Assembly: GCA_021786105.1 (NCBI GenBank)
Contig: JAJYNW010000026.1
Location: forward strand, 3,481-67,480
Length of the DNA stretch: 64,000 nt
Direction: 5' to 3'
Source: a bacterium
Lineage (GTDB): Bacteria > Patescibacteriota > Microgenomatia > Daviesbacterales > UBA10151
This document shows, piece after piece, positions 10,822 to 20,276 of this stretch (its first letter is position 1; every line of letters begins with the position of its first letter). The position numbers and the translations under genes are program-made. The notes beneath the pieces are model-generated. The model was not told where the DNA came from, did no database searches, and was given only the letters and a program-made list of their open reading frames with translations.

Positions 10822-11196
10822 TTATTTACGTCTTTTAAGTTTTAATTCATGAGCTACAATCGGAATCTGCTCAATATTATTTATCCTGTTCCCATAATCA
10901 ATGTTTTTATCGATAACTTGATCTAATTTTCGATCCATCTGCTCAACCCTGTTTTTTAATCCATCTATATCTTCTTTTACATTCCCCATATCTACAGTTA
11001 GTCGACTTGTCTGATCCCAAAGAATATCCAGCTTCCGGGTATGGCTTTCTAAAACCTGGGTATGGCTTTCTAAAACCTGGGTATGGCTTTCTAAAACCTG
11101 GGTATGGCTTTCTAAAGTTTTCTTTACCGGTTTAAGGGCGATATCAATTTCTTCTTTAACAACAGTTCTTATTCTTTTTATATCTTCGTCAGTCAT
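10822..11196 (-). CDS. Coiled-coil protein with tandem ESHTQVL heptad repeats
   Basis: Four tandem 21-nt DNA repeats encode (ESHTQVL)x4. Confidence 0.6.
   Translation of the reverse strand: MTDEDIKRIRTVVKEEIDIALKPVKKTLESHTQVLESHTQVLESHTQVLESHTRKLDILWDQTSRLTVDMGNVKEDIDGLKNRVEQMDRKLDQVIDKNIDYGNRINNIEQIPIVAHELKLKRRK
11038..11117. repeat. Tandem repeat, 21-nt unit gggtatggctttctaaaacct x about 3.8
   Basis: Directly visible in sequence; in-frame within CDS 10822..11196. Confidence 0.85.
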
Positions 11197-11298
11197 AGTT
11201 AGATATTAAGAAAATTTAGGTAAAAACTCAAGATAGATTATCTGGATCATATCTCATCAACTCACCAAAATTGCGGTTGATATAAGATAAAAAGTGAT

Positions 11299-11517
11299 AT
11301 GATGAGATTAATGAATCAAAAAGGCTTTGCTCCGATACTACTTATTCTTTTAATTGCTTCAGCGGTTGGTGGATATTTACTTTATCAAAAGCAAATTAAA
11401 ATTATATACAAATATTTGACGGCGGTACAATTGATCAGCCTAATCCCAGCCCAAATAAGGATGCGCCTACCCCTAATAGTTTTCCCCGTTATCTTGATCC
11501 AAATATTGAAAAAGTAA
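11299..11517 (+). CDS. Small signal-anchored protein (pilin-like QKGF N-terminus)
   Basis: N-terminus MNQKGFAPILLILLIASAVGG resembles that of the divergent neighbour 11604..12341. Confidence 0.35.
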   Translation: MMRLMNQKGFAPILLILLIASAVGGYLLYQKQIKIIYKYLTAVQLISLIPAQIRMRLPLIVFPVILIQILKK

Positions 11518-11603
11518 TTACTGAATGTAAAATAATTTCTTAAATCTCTGCGATTGGTGAGCTCAAGGGATAAATACCGATTATCTATATCGCTCTGGTC
11601 AGA

Positions 11604-12341
11604 CTAATTTGTAAATTTAAAACTTTGGAGGATGTTTTCTCCGGTTTGATCAGAAGCAGTCAAAACTCTAATTAAAAACATTTTGCCTCCGTGTTCTAAA
11701 TATAAATATTTGGGTGCTCCTGGTTGATAAGAAACAATTTTGTATTTTGCTGTCTGACTGGAAATTGTGGCTTCCTGATCCAAAATCACATGTCCTTTAG
11801 AAGTTTTATCAAACACTCCCCAAAGGAAAGGATAATACCAGTATTTATCAAACCATTGGTCCACCGTCAGCTGATTTGGGTTATCAAAAATCCAGATAGT
11901 AAGAGGTGAATTATCAAAAGAAGAATCCTTATCTAAAACCGCTACCGCAGACAGCAATTTACCCGGAGCATATCCCACATAACTGGTAAAATTTGCCTTG
12001 TTATCTCCGCCAAATCTTTTGGCAAAATCTTCTTCTGAATCAGGCTGGACTGACAAAGTTTTTGGATAAGAAAAGGTAAAAGAATATTCATCATTGGTAT
12101 AAGTTTCCCGCAAATTAATTGGCTTAGAAGTCGGAACAGTGGTTGGGACCAGAGAGGGAACCGGCGATGCAGCAGCTGTTTGTTTCAAAACGGGAGCAGA
12201 AACATCTTGTGCCATCACTGTTTCCTGTGGCTTAAACTGAGGCTTTTTTATTGCAGCAAAGTAGAAAATTTCAACGGCAACTCCAAAAACCGCCGCGATA
12301 AAAAGAATCAATAATATGTGTCCGAAACCTTTTTGCCCCAC
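11604..12341 (-). CDS. Secreted/anchored hypothetical protein (QKGF N-terminus)
   Basis: MGQKGFGHILLILFIAAVFG signal anchor; Pro/Thr-rich linker; C-terminal globular domain. Confidence 0.55.
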   Translation of the reverse strand: MGQKGFGHILLILFIAAVFGVAVEIFYFAAIKKPQFKPQETVMAQDVSAPVLKQTAAASPVPSLVPTTVPTSKPINLRETYTNDEYSFTFSYPKTLSVQPDSEEDFAKRFGGDNKANFTSYVGYAPGKLLSAVAVLDKDSSFDNSPLTIWIFDNPNQLTVDQWFDKYWYYPFLWGVFDKTSKGHVILDQEATISSQTAKYKIVSYQPGAPKYLYLEHGGKMFLIRVLTASDQTGENILQSFKFTN

Positions 12342-12442
12342 AATTTAAATATATACCAATCGTATCTTAAAATACAAAATATACACTACTCTTACCAAGT
12401 TCTTATTCTTCCATTAATCATTACTTTTATACTGGAAGCTCG

Positions 12443-13117
12443 ATGATCCCATTAAGAGATTCCCGGCCTTTATCAAGGTTTCCATTTTGGGTGATATTAA
12501 TCATTTTGGTAAATGCATATATTTTTTATTTGGAGTTAACGTCACCCAATCCAGATCAGTTTATTACCAAGTATTCCTTAATCCCGTCTCAAATCGATTT
12601 TTCCAACTATAAAACCCTTTTCCCCTTTATCAGCAGCCAGTTCATTCACGGCGGATTCTTGCACATAATTTCCAATATGATATTCCTATGGGTATTTGGT
12701 AATAATATCGAAGCAACTTTGGGCTTTCTCCTCTTTCCTATCTTTTACCTGGTCTCAGGCGTTATTGCCGGATTAACTCAATTTTTTTTCACTCCCACCG
12801 CCACCATTCCCATGCTGGGAGCGTCCGGAGCAATTGCCGGTGTATTGGGATCTTATTTTGCTCTTTTTCCCCGCAATAAGATTAAAACATTAATTTTCAT
12901 CTTTGTCTTTATTACCATTATCGATGTACCGGCCTATTTCTTGCTTTTCTTTTGGTTTATTACCCAGTTTTTCAGCGGAGTGTCATCAATTTCCGCCAGC
13001 GCTGACAGCGGCGGGATAGCTTTTCTTCCTCATATGGGTGGATTCCTCTTTGGCTGGTCCATTACCATACCAATGCTCGCCAAACTACGTTACCCTAAAT
13101 TTAAAATTTTCAGCTGA
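12443..13117 (+). CDS. Rhomboid family intramembrane serine protease
   Basis: GASGAIAGVLG (GxSG) and LPHMGGFLFG catalytic His context; 6–7 TM. Confidence 0.8.
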   Translation: MIPLRDSRPLSRFPFWVILIILVNAYIFYLELTSPNPDQFITKYSLIPSQIDFSNYKTLFPFISSQFIHGGFLHIISNMIFLWVFGNNIEATLGFLLFPIFYLVSGVIAGLTQFFFTPTATIPMLGASGAIAGVLGSYFALFPRNKIKTLIFIFVFITIIDVPAYFLLFFWFITQFFSGVSSISASADSGGIAFLPHMGGFLFGWSITIPMLAKLRYPKFKIFS

Positions 13118-13124
13118 GGAAAAA

Positions 13125-13391
13125 CTACTTTCTTTCTACAGTAATTGAGCATTCGGTAACCAATGCGGCGATTGCTCCCACAGCTGCCAACATAGGAGCC
13201 AGTAGCACTCCCACCACGCCAAAGGTTAAAGGAAACTGCACTAAGATTCTCCCCTCCTTATCTTTGATGGTGATTCTTCTAATATTGCCTTCGTGGATAA
13301 GTTCCTTAACTTTTTTCAACAGATCTTCTCCTTTTACTTCATATGTTTCGGATTTGTTTTCTTTTTTAGCCATCTTAAAATCATTATACAC
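13125..13391 (-). CDS. DUF4342 domain protein
   Basis: Family-typical sequence (EVKGEDLLKKVKELIHEGNIRRITIKDKEG). Confidence 0.55.
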   Translation of the reverse strand: MYNDFKMAKKENKSETYEVKGEDLLKKVKELIHEGNIRRITIKDKEGRILVQFPLTFGVVGVLLAPMLAAVGAIAALVTECSITVERK

Positions 13392-13465
13392 TAATTGGAC
13401 TCTCAGGTCATTCTCAGGTAAAATACGTAAACTTGAAAGCCTAAGAGGCTAAGGATAGGAGCTAT

Positions 13466-14140
13466 ATGAGAATACTGGTGGTGGAGGATGAGCATAAAAT
13501 CGCGAACTCTATTAAAAAAGGCTTGGAACAGGAAGGCTATGCGACAGATGTGGCCTATACCGGCACCGAGGGTTTTGATTTAGCCTCCAGCGAGGAATAT
13601 GATCTGATACTTCTGGACATTTTACTCCCGGGGATTAACGGAATCGAAATCTGCAAGGATTTAAGAAAAAAGCAAATTCATACCCCAATTTTAATACTGA
13701 CAGCCAAAGGCCAGGTTTCTGATAAGGTAGAGGGGTTAGACGCCGGAGCAGATGATTATTTAACAAAACCTTTTGCTTTTGAGGAGCTTTTAGCCAGAAT
13801 CAGGAGTTTGTTAAGGCGGCCAAAAGATAATATCGGATCAGTTTTAAAGTGCGAGGATCTAACCTTGGAAACTTTGACTTATCAGGTCAAACGGGGAGAT
13901 AAAAGCATCCAACTTTCTTCCAAAGAGTATGCCTTGCTGGAATATTTATTAAGACACCAAAACCAGGTTTTAACCAAGGAACAAATTATTAATCATATTT
14001 GGGATTATGATGCTGACGTTTTGCCCAATACGGTTGAGGTTTATATCGGGTATTTGAGAAATAAAATAGATAAACCATTCCCTGACAAACCGGCTTTAAT
14101 TCATACAGTCAGAGGTTTTGGTTACAGACTGGGGGCATAA
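13466..14140 (+). CDS. OmpR-family response regulator
   Basis: MRILVVEDE receiver domain plus winged-helix C-terminus. Confidence 0.9.
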   Translation: MRILVVEDEHKIANSIKKGLEQEGYATDVAYTGTEGFDLASSEEYDLILLDILLPGINGIEICKDLRKKQIHTPILILTAKGQVSDKVEGLDAGADDYLTKPFAFEELLARIRSLLRRPKDNIGSVLKCEDLTLETLTYQVKRGDKSIQLSSKEYALLEYLLRHQNQVLTKEQIINHIWDYDADVLPNTVEVYIGYLRNKIDKPFPDKPALIHTVRGFGYRLGA

Positions 14141-15154
14141 ATGTTTACAACAACCCGCTTAAAATTAACCGCTTGGTACCTGTTAATTATTATGCTAATC
14201 AGCGTTTCCTTTAGCTTGGCAATTTATCACGTTTTAACCGATGAGCTAAACAGAGTGGAAAGGGTGCAAAGATTGAGACAAGAAAGAAGAATATTTATTC
14301 TTGCCCCCGGATCACCAAGAACGCCTTCAATTGACCCAGAAGTCATGGAAGAAAGCAAAAACCGCCTTAAATCAATTCTGGTGCTGGTTAATTTAGGGAT
14401 TTTAGGCGCTTCCAGTTTAGCCGGTTATTTCTTGGCCGGCCGGACCCTGCGGCCGATTAGTCAAATGCTGGATGAGCAGAACAGATTTATTACTGACGCA
14501 TCCCACGAACTGCGAACTCCTTTAACCTCCTTAAAAAGCGAAATCGAGGTGAATTTACGAGACAAAGATTTGACTTTAAAAACTACCAAAAATCTTTTAC
14601 AAAGCAATTTGGAAGAGGTTAATAATTTACAATATCTGTCTGATAATTTAATCAAACTGACTCAATACCAAAAAGAAAACGCGGTTAGTTTTGAGGCGGT
14701 TAATTTGAAAGAAGTCAGCGGAATTGCCCAAAGGAAAGTGGCTAACTTAGCAAAGAGAAAAAATATCATCATTAAAAATGAGGTTAACGATGGAGAAATT
14801 TCCGGTGGTTGGCAAAGCCTGATAGAGCTTTTTGTAGTATTTTTGGATAATGCCATCAAGTATTCACCCAAAGGAAAAACCGTAACTTTGACATCCCGAA
14901 AAATAGACAGGTCAATCGAAGTTGAAATCCGAGATCAAGGTATGGGAATTGAGGAAAAAGATATACCGCACCTGTTTGACCGTTTTTTCCGGGCTGATAA
15001 ATCCCGGACTAAAGCCGAAGCAGGCGGATACGGATTGGGTTTATCAATTGCCAAACAAATCGTTGATAAACACCAAGGTTCTATTAGAGTAGAGAGCAAA
15101 TTAGACAAAGGAAGCGTTTTTACTCTCCGCTTTCCGTTAAGGTACTCTTTCTAA
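14141..15154 (+). CDS. Sensor histidine kinase
   Basis: HELRTPLTSL H-box, HATPase motifs, two TM segments; 1-nt overlap with the regulator gene. Confidence 0.85.
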   Translation: MFTTTRLKLTAWYLLIIMLISVSFSLAIYHVLTDELNRVERVQRLRQERRIFILAPGSPRTPSIDPEVMEESKNRLKSILVLVNLGILGASSLAGYFLAGRTLRPISQMLDEQNRFITDASHELRTPLTSLKSEIEVNLRDKDLTLKTTKNLLQSNLEEVNNLQYLSDNLIKLTQYQKENAVSFEAVNLKEVSGIAQRKVANLAKRKNIIIKNEVNDGEISGGWQSLIELFVVFLDNAIKYSPKGKTVTLTSRKIDRSIEVEIRDQGMGIEEKDIPHLFDRFFRADKSRTKAEAGGYGLGLSIAKQIVDKHQGSIRVESKLDKGSVFTLRFPLRYSF

Positions 15155-15205
15155 GCATTTTATCAGGTTAATTTAGTAAATTTCCCTCTCAAAGGGGGTG
15201 AGGAA

Positions 15206-15715
15206 ATGATTAAAAGAAGAATTCTTTCTATAACAGCCCTTTTTATGCTGGGTTCAACCATGGTTTTCAGCGCACTTCCTGCCTATGCACAAGATTCCAA
15301 TACCAACCATCCAAACTTTTTCCAGGGGTTAATTGATGCAATAGCCCAAAAGTTCGGCTTGAAAAAAACTCAGGTGCAAAACGTAATTACTGATTACCAA
15401 AATCAACAGAAACAGTTGAGGCTGACTAATTTACAGCAAAGGCAAAAAAGCCGGCTTGATCAATTAGTTTCCCAAGGTAAAATCACCCAGGATCAGGAAA
15501 ATTTGATTTTGAATAAATTGCAGGAGCTGCAAAATAACCGACAGAACTGGAAAAATTTAACTCCAGATCAGAGGAAAACTGCCATGCAGAAGCAAAGAAC
15601 TGACTTGCAAAATTGGGCCAAGCAAAACAATATTGACCTCAAATACCTATATAGTTTCAGAATGGGTAAAGGAATGATGGGTATGAGAGGCAAGGGCTGG
15701 ACTAAGCCAAATTAG
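15206..15715 (+). CDS. Periplasmic LTxxQ-motif protein (CpxP/Spy-like)
   Basis: Signal peptide; LTNLQQRQ and LTPDQRKTA LTxxQ motifs; strong SD; immediately after the two-component pair. Confidence 0.5.
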   Translation: MIKRRILSITALFMLGSTMVFSALPAYAQDSNTNHPNFFQGLIDAIAQKFGLKKTQVQNVITDYQNQQKQLRLTNLQQRQKSRLDQLVSQGKITQDQENLILNKLQELQNNRQNWKNLTPDQRKTAMQKQRTDLQNWAKQNNIDLKYLYSFRMGKGMMGMRGKGWTKPN

Positions 15716-15804
15716 TCAAAATCGGGTCCACTTTTTAAAAACTCCCGGGTTTAGATACCCGGGAGTTTTTCTGGTTTTAAGCTTATTCTCAGCTTGCTCT
15801 ATTA

Positions 15805-17085
15805 ATGTATACTTACGAAATGAATAAAATTGGTAATTTTCGGAAATGGATTTTGGGAAGTAAAAAAAGAATTGCCATCTTTGTTATCTTACTTTTGACA
15901 GTAGGCTATTTTGGATATAAAGGCCTGACTGCTAAAGCTGCTGCTCCACAATACCAAACTGCACAAGCTGAAAAAGGTACACTGATAAACTCCGTAACTG
16001 CTTCCGGCAACATCACCACTGCCAACAATGTCTCCGTAACTATCCAAGCCGCCGGAGTGGTAAAGGAAGTATTTGTTAAAAACGGGGACCAAGTCGGCCA
16101 GGGGCAAACTTTGGCTACCCTAACTTTAGACCAAGCTTCCCAGCAAAAACAGGCAGCTGCTTATGCCAGTTACCTGACTGCCAAAAACACTTTGGATGCG
16201 GCCAATGCCAAATATAATTCTTTGCAAAATACTTTATTTACAGACAACCAAAAATTTATCAATGACGCCGTAGCTAGAGGCTTGGCCACCAATGACCCCA
16301 CCTATATTGAAGAAAATGCCACTTGGCTACAAGCCGAGGCTGATTATAAAAACCAGGCCTCTGTTATTTCTGCCAACCAATCATCTTTGACTGCTGCATC
16401 TTTAAACTTATCCCAACTTTCTTCCAACATAACTGCTCCTGTTGCCGGGGAAGTTCGCGGCTTAACCATAGCTCCCGGTTCAATAGTTACGGTTACCAGT
16501 TCTTCTTCTAATTCAACTTCGACTTCGCAGGTTTTAGGATCTATTTTCCAGGAAGGACCAACTCAAGCCCAAGTCAGTATTTCCGAAATTGATGCTCCCA
16601 AAGTTACCGAGGGTGATAAAGTTACCATGACTTTAGATGCTTTTCCGGATGCCACTTTTACCGGAAAGGTAGCCAGTATCAATACCAATGGGGTAGTTTC
16701 GTCCGGAGTAACTTCTTACCCGGCGGTTATTTCTTTCGATGCCGGTAATAAACATATCTACCCCAATATGGCTGTTACGGCCAAAATTATCACCAGCGTC
16801 AAAAACGATGTAATACTGGTTCCGTCTGCAGCAGTTCAAGCCGGGCAAAACGGTCAGATAACTGTACGGGTTTTGAAAAACGGCCAGGTTGAAACTGTCC
16901 CGGTAGAAGTTGGTAATACAAATGATACGCAAACTGGAATTACATCAGGCATAAACGAAGGCGATACAGTAATTACCGGTATCACAAATCCCACTGCAAA
17001 AACCGGGTCTTCCGGCGCCACCTCACCGTTTGGCAGCAGAGGATTTGGCGGCGGAGGAGTCATCATGAGGGGTGGTGGCCGTTAG
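15805..17085 (+). CDS. Efflux periplasmic adaptor (membrane fusion protein, MacA/HlyD-like)
   Basis: Signal anchor, coiled-coil hairpin region, beta-barrel motifs; upstream of an ABC ATPase/permease pair. Confidence 0.75.
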   Translation: MYTYEMNKIGNFRKWILGSKKRIAIFVILLLTVGYFGYKGLTAKAAAPQYQTAQAEKGTLINSVTASGNITTANNVSVTIQAAGVVKEVFVKNGDQVGQGQTLATLTLDQASQQKQAAAYASYLTAKNTLDAANAKYNSLQNTLFTDNQKFINDAVARGLATNDPTYIEENATWLQAEADYKNQASVISANQSSLTAASLNLSQLSSNITAPVAGEVRGLTIAPGSIVTVTSSSSNSTSTSQVLGSIFQEGPTQAQVSISEIDAPKVTEGDKVTMTLDAFPDATFTGKVASINTNGVVSSGVTSYPAVISFDAGNKHIYPNMAVTAKIITSVKNDVILVPSAAVQAGQNGQITVRVLKNGQVETVPVEVGNTNDTQTGITSGINEGDTVITGITNPTAKTGSSGATSPFGSRGFGGGGVIMRGGGR

Positions 17086-17090
17086 TAAAA

Positions 17091-17804
17091 ATGGCAGATG
17101 TTATCATCAAGGCTTCCGATTTAAAAAAAATTTACCAGTCCGAGTCAGTTGAAACAACTGCTTTGAGCAGTGTTTCCTTTGAGATAAAAAAAGGCGAGTT
17201 TGTGGCCATCATGGGACCTTCCGGCTCAGGAAAGTCCACTTTGATGCATATCTTGGGCGCCCTCGATACGCCAACTTCCGGCAGTTATATCCTGGACGGA
17301 GAAGAAGTATCCAAACTATCAGATGATCAACTAGCAGATATCCGAAACCGTAAGATCGGTTTTATCTTCCAGGCCTTTAATCTATTACCCCGAACCACTG
17401 CTCTAAAAAATGTCTGCCTGCCCATGGTTTATGCCGGAGTTCCCAAAGAGGAGCGACTGGAAAAAGCCAAAAAATATTTGGAAATGGTGGGATTAGGAGA
17501 CAGGATAGAGCATACTTCAAATCAATTGTCGGGCGGACAGCAGCAGCGGGTGGCTATAGCCAGAGGTTTGGTAATGAATCCGGCCATTTTATTGGCAGAT
17601 GAACCAACCGGCAATATTGCCTCCAGCCAAGCTGCGGAAATTATGTCCATTTTTCAGGAAATCAATGAAAAGGAAGGCCACACCATTGTCATGATTACCC
17701 ACGAACCGGATATTGCCGAACACGCCAAAAGAATTATTCATGTTAAGGACGGGAAAATAGTTAAAGACAGCGACGGACACAGACAAAGGAAGGCAGGTAA
17801 ATAA
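17091..17804 (+). CDS. ABC transporter ATP-binding protein (MacB/LolD type)
   Basis: Walker A GPSGSGKST, LSGGQQQRVAIARGL signature, Walker B LLADEPTG. Confidence 0.9.
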   Translation: MADVIIKASDLKKIYQSESVETTALSSVSFEIKKGEFVAIMGPSGSGKSTLMHILGALDTPTSGSYILDGEEVSKLSDDQLADIRNRKIGFIFQAFNLLPRTTALKNVCLPMVYAGVPKEERLEKAKKYLEMVGLGDRIEHTSNQLSGGQQQRVAIARGLVMNPAILLADEPTGNIASSQAAEIMSIFQEINEKEGHTIVMITHEPDIAEHAKRIIHVKDGKIVKDSDGHRQRKAGK

Positions 17805-19027
17805 TGGAATACGCTGAGATTATTTCAGAGGCTATCGGAACATTAACCGTTAACAAGCTGAGAACAGGTTTAGCGACTTTGGGAATCATGATTGGAATCG
17901 GCAGCGTGATTGCCTTAATTTCTTTAGGCCAGGCCACTCAACAGTCAATCCAATCACAAATCCAATCTTTAGGCGCCAATTTGTTAACCATTAGTCCGGG
18001 CGGCCAAAGGCAAGGTGCAGTCAGAAGCGCAGCAGGCAGTAATACATCTTTGACTTTAGACGATGCCAACACCATCAAAACCTCACCGCAAATCAATACC
18101 ATTCAAAATGTTTCACCTGAGCTTTCCAGAAGGGCTCAAGTTACCACCGGGGGCAATAACACCAACACCCAAATAATCGGCGCTACTGCAGTGTATCCGA
18201 CGGTTCATAAACTTAATATGGATTCCGGCAGTTTTATTACTAACCGCGATGTAACAGGCATGACCAAAGTAGCCGTGATCGGACCGCAGGTGATGAGCGA
18301 TCTCTTCGGAGACGGCGCTGCCCCCATCGGCCAATCAATTAGGATCAACGGCCAAACCTTAACCGTTATTGGTGTCACCCAATCTAAAGGCGGATCAGGT
18401 TTTATGAATCAGGACGATATCATCTTCGTGCCGTTATCCACTGCTCAAAAACAGCTTTTTGGAGTAGATTATCTGTCGTCAATTGCTCTCGAGGCGAAAA
18501 ACTCTGATGTAATGACTGATGCCCAAAACCAGGTGGGATATTTACTGCTGTCCCGGCACCATTTAAACGATCCGGCTCAGGCTGACTTTTCTATTTTTTC
18601 CCAGCAGGATATTTTAAATACTGCCTCCGCCATGACCGGCACCTTTACTTCACTCCTGGCCGGAATTGCCGCTATTTCGCTGCTGGTAGGCGGAATCGGC
18701 ATTATGAATATCATGCTGGTAACTGTTACCGAAAGAATCCGGGAAATCGGTTTACGGAAAGCCCTGGGTGCAAAGAAAAAAATCATCATCACCCAGTTTT
18801 TAATCGAGGCTACGGTACTTTGTTTTATTGGCGGAGTAATTGGTATGATATTAGGCGTACTGACTTCGTATCTTATTTCCAGTTTAGCCGGCGTGCCGTT
18901 TGTTTTATCCTTCTTTGCCATCTTTTTAGCAATTGGAGTTTCAGGTGCAATCGGAATTTTGTTTGGCTGGTATCCAGCCCGACGTGCCGCCAATTTACAA
19001 CCAATCGAAGCATTAAGATACGAATAA
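17804..19027 (+). CDS. ABC transporter permease, FtsX/MacB-like
   Basis: N-terminal TM, large periplasmic domain, C-terminal FtsX 3-TM bundle; start overlaps ATPase stop. Confidence 0.85.
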   Translation: MEYAEIISEAIGTLTVNKLRTGLATLGIMIGIGSVIALISLGQATQQSIQSQIQSLGANLLTISPGGQRQGAVRSAAGSNTSLTLDDANTIKTSPQINTIQNVSPELSRRAQVTTGGNNTNTQIIGATAVYPTVHKLNMDSGSFITNRDVTGMTKVAVIGPQVMSDLFGDGAAPIGQSIRINGQTLTVIGVTQSKGGSGFMNQDDIIFVPLSTAQKQLFGVDYLSSIALEAKNSDVMTDAQNQVGYLLLSRHHLNDPAQADFSIFSQQDILNTASAMTGTFTSLLAGIAAISLLVGGIGIMNIMLVTVTERIREIGLRKALGAKKKIIITQFLIEATVLCFIGGVIGMILGVLTSYLISSLAGVPFVLSFFAIFLAIGVSGAIGILFGWYPARRAANLQPIEALRYE

Positions 19028-19048
19028 TTATAGAAGGAGGTGATCTCA

Positions 19049-19483
19049 ATGAAAAACAATATGATAGCAGTTATCATTATCGCTGCCTTAGTAATGGGCG
19101 TGGGGGGATTTTTTGCCGGCATGAAATATCAGCAGTCAAAAAGCCCGGCGGGCCGTTTTGCCAACTTCCAGGGCGCTAGAAATAGCAATTTCCAACAAAG
19201 GGGCGCAAATATGATAAGCAGGCAAGGATTTAGACCGGTTAACGGAGAAATCATCAGCTCTGATGACAAAAGCATTACCGTCAAATTATCAGACGGCAGC
19301 AGCAAAATAGTTCTCCTGTCTGATCAAACCAGTATTAATAAATCATCAGCAGGGACAAAGTCAGATCTGAAAAATGGCGAAAAAGTGGCGGTTTTTGGTT
19401 CGGATAATTCAGACGGCAGCGTCACTGCCCAAAATATCCAGCTAAATCCCTACCGGCCACAACCAAACGGATCTCCCAGGTAA
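19049..19483 (+). CDS. Small secreted/anchored protein
   Basis: ATG 7 nt after GGAGGTGA; signal anchor; ORF-track start was a GTG inside the SD. Confidence 0.6.
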   Translation: MKNNMIAVIIIAALVMGVGGFFAGMKYQQSKSPAGRFANFQGARNSNFQQRGANMISRQGFRPVNGEIISSDDKSITVKLSDGSSKIVLLSDQTSINKSSAGTKSDLKNGEKVAVFGSDNSDGSVTAQNIQLNPYRPQPNGSPR

Positions 19484-19571
19484 AATTGGGTTAGCCGAAT
19501 ATAATCAATTTCTTACTTCGATCTAACTCTATTCTTATATGCCGTTGATAGTATAGGGACGTGAGGTGTAT

Positions 19572-19742
19572 ATGCCGCATAACAAAAACCTAAAAGGAGT
19601 TGGTTCCAAAGAACAACGGATGTACGAACACATTAAAGGGTCCGCGGAAAAATCCGGCAAATACGGAGGACGAGCCAAGGAAGTAGCGGCCAGAACTGTA
19701 ATGAAACTGCATAAAGAAAAAGGTCATCAAAGAGGCGATTGA
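19572..19742 (+). CDS. Small basic protein (56 aa), unannotated sORF
   Basis: ATG preceded by GTGAGGTG; MPHNKNLKGVGSKEQRMYEHIKGS...; below the ORF-track length cutoff. Confidence 0.4.
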   Translation: MPHNKNLKGVGSKEQRMYEHIKGSAEKSGKYGGRAKEVAARTVMKLHKEKGHQRGD

Positions 19743-19773
19743 TCAATTTTAAAAAAGACGGGAGGTGATAAAA

Positions 19774-20067
19774 ATGGCCGATACAAATGGGAAACAGGTA
19801 AATCCTGTGGCTGCAGGTTTAACGGGCGCACTCATCGGAGCAGGGATAGCCTTGGTTACCACCAAAATTCTGACTGACCAGAAAATGAGAGATAAAATCA
19901 TGGATATGGCATCCGGGGCCCGGGAAAAAGCAAATATGATATTTCAAGGCAAAATGGAAAAACCAATGGAGAGAGTCAGCCACGAAATAAGCCGGATGAG
20001 AGGCAAAAAGAGATCAGCTGGACGCGGACGCAGTCGTTCAATGGGCAAACCCAGTACCAGAACCTAA
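19774..20067 (+). CDS. Small membrane protein
   Basis: ATG after GGGAGGTGAT; one TM (AAGLTGALIGAGIALV); basic Arg-rich C-terminus. Confidence 0.55.
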   Translation: MADTNGKQVNPVAAGLTGALIGAGIALVTTKILTDQKMRDKIMDMASGAREKANMIFQGKMEKPMERVSHEISRMRGKKRSAGRGRSRSMGKPSTRT

Positions 20068-20115
20068 CAAATTCCTGTTTAAAAACAGAGATTTGTTAAA
20101 AGGAGGTGAAAAAAA

Positions 20116-20265
20116 TGGGGCTTTTGGAGTGGATTGCCGTAATTTTAATTATTGCCTGGCTGGGAGGATTCATTTTGCATATTGCCGGCGGACTTATTCA
20201 CATACTTTTAGTTTTAGCAATAATATTATTTTTAGTTAGATTCATCCGAAGACAAACAGTATAGT
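20116..20265 (+). CDS. lmo0937-family small membrane protein (49 aa)
   Basis: MGLLEWIAVILIIAWLGGFILHIAGGLIHILLVLAIILF matches the conserved lmo0937-type pattern; AAAGGAGGTGA SD. Confidence 0.5.
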
Positions 20266-20276
20266 TATCTTAGTAA

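Noticed and set aside
11038-11117. CRISPR array
   Set aside because: The only regular direct repeats in the window are contiguous 21-nt in-frame coding repeats without spacers. No repeat–spacer architecture and no cas genes are present.
18577-19122. 181-aa minus-strand ORF
   Set aside because: Antisense to the FtsX permease 3' end and the downstream gene, so it is a shadow ORF.
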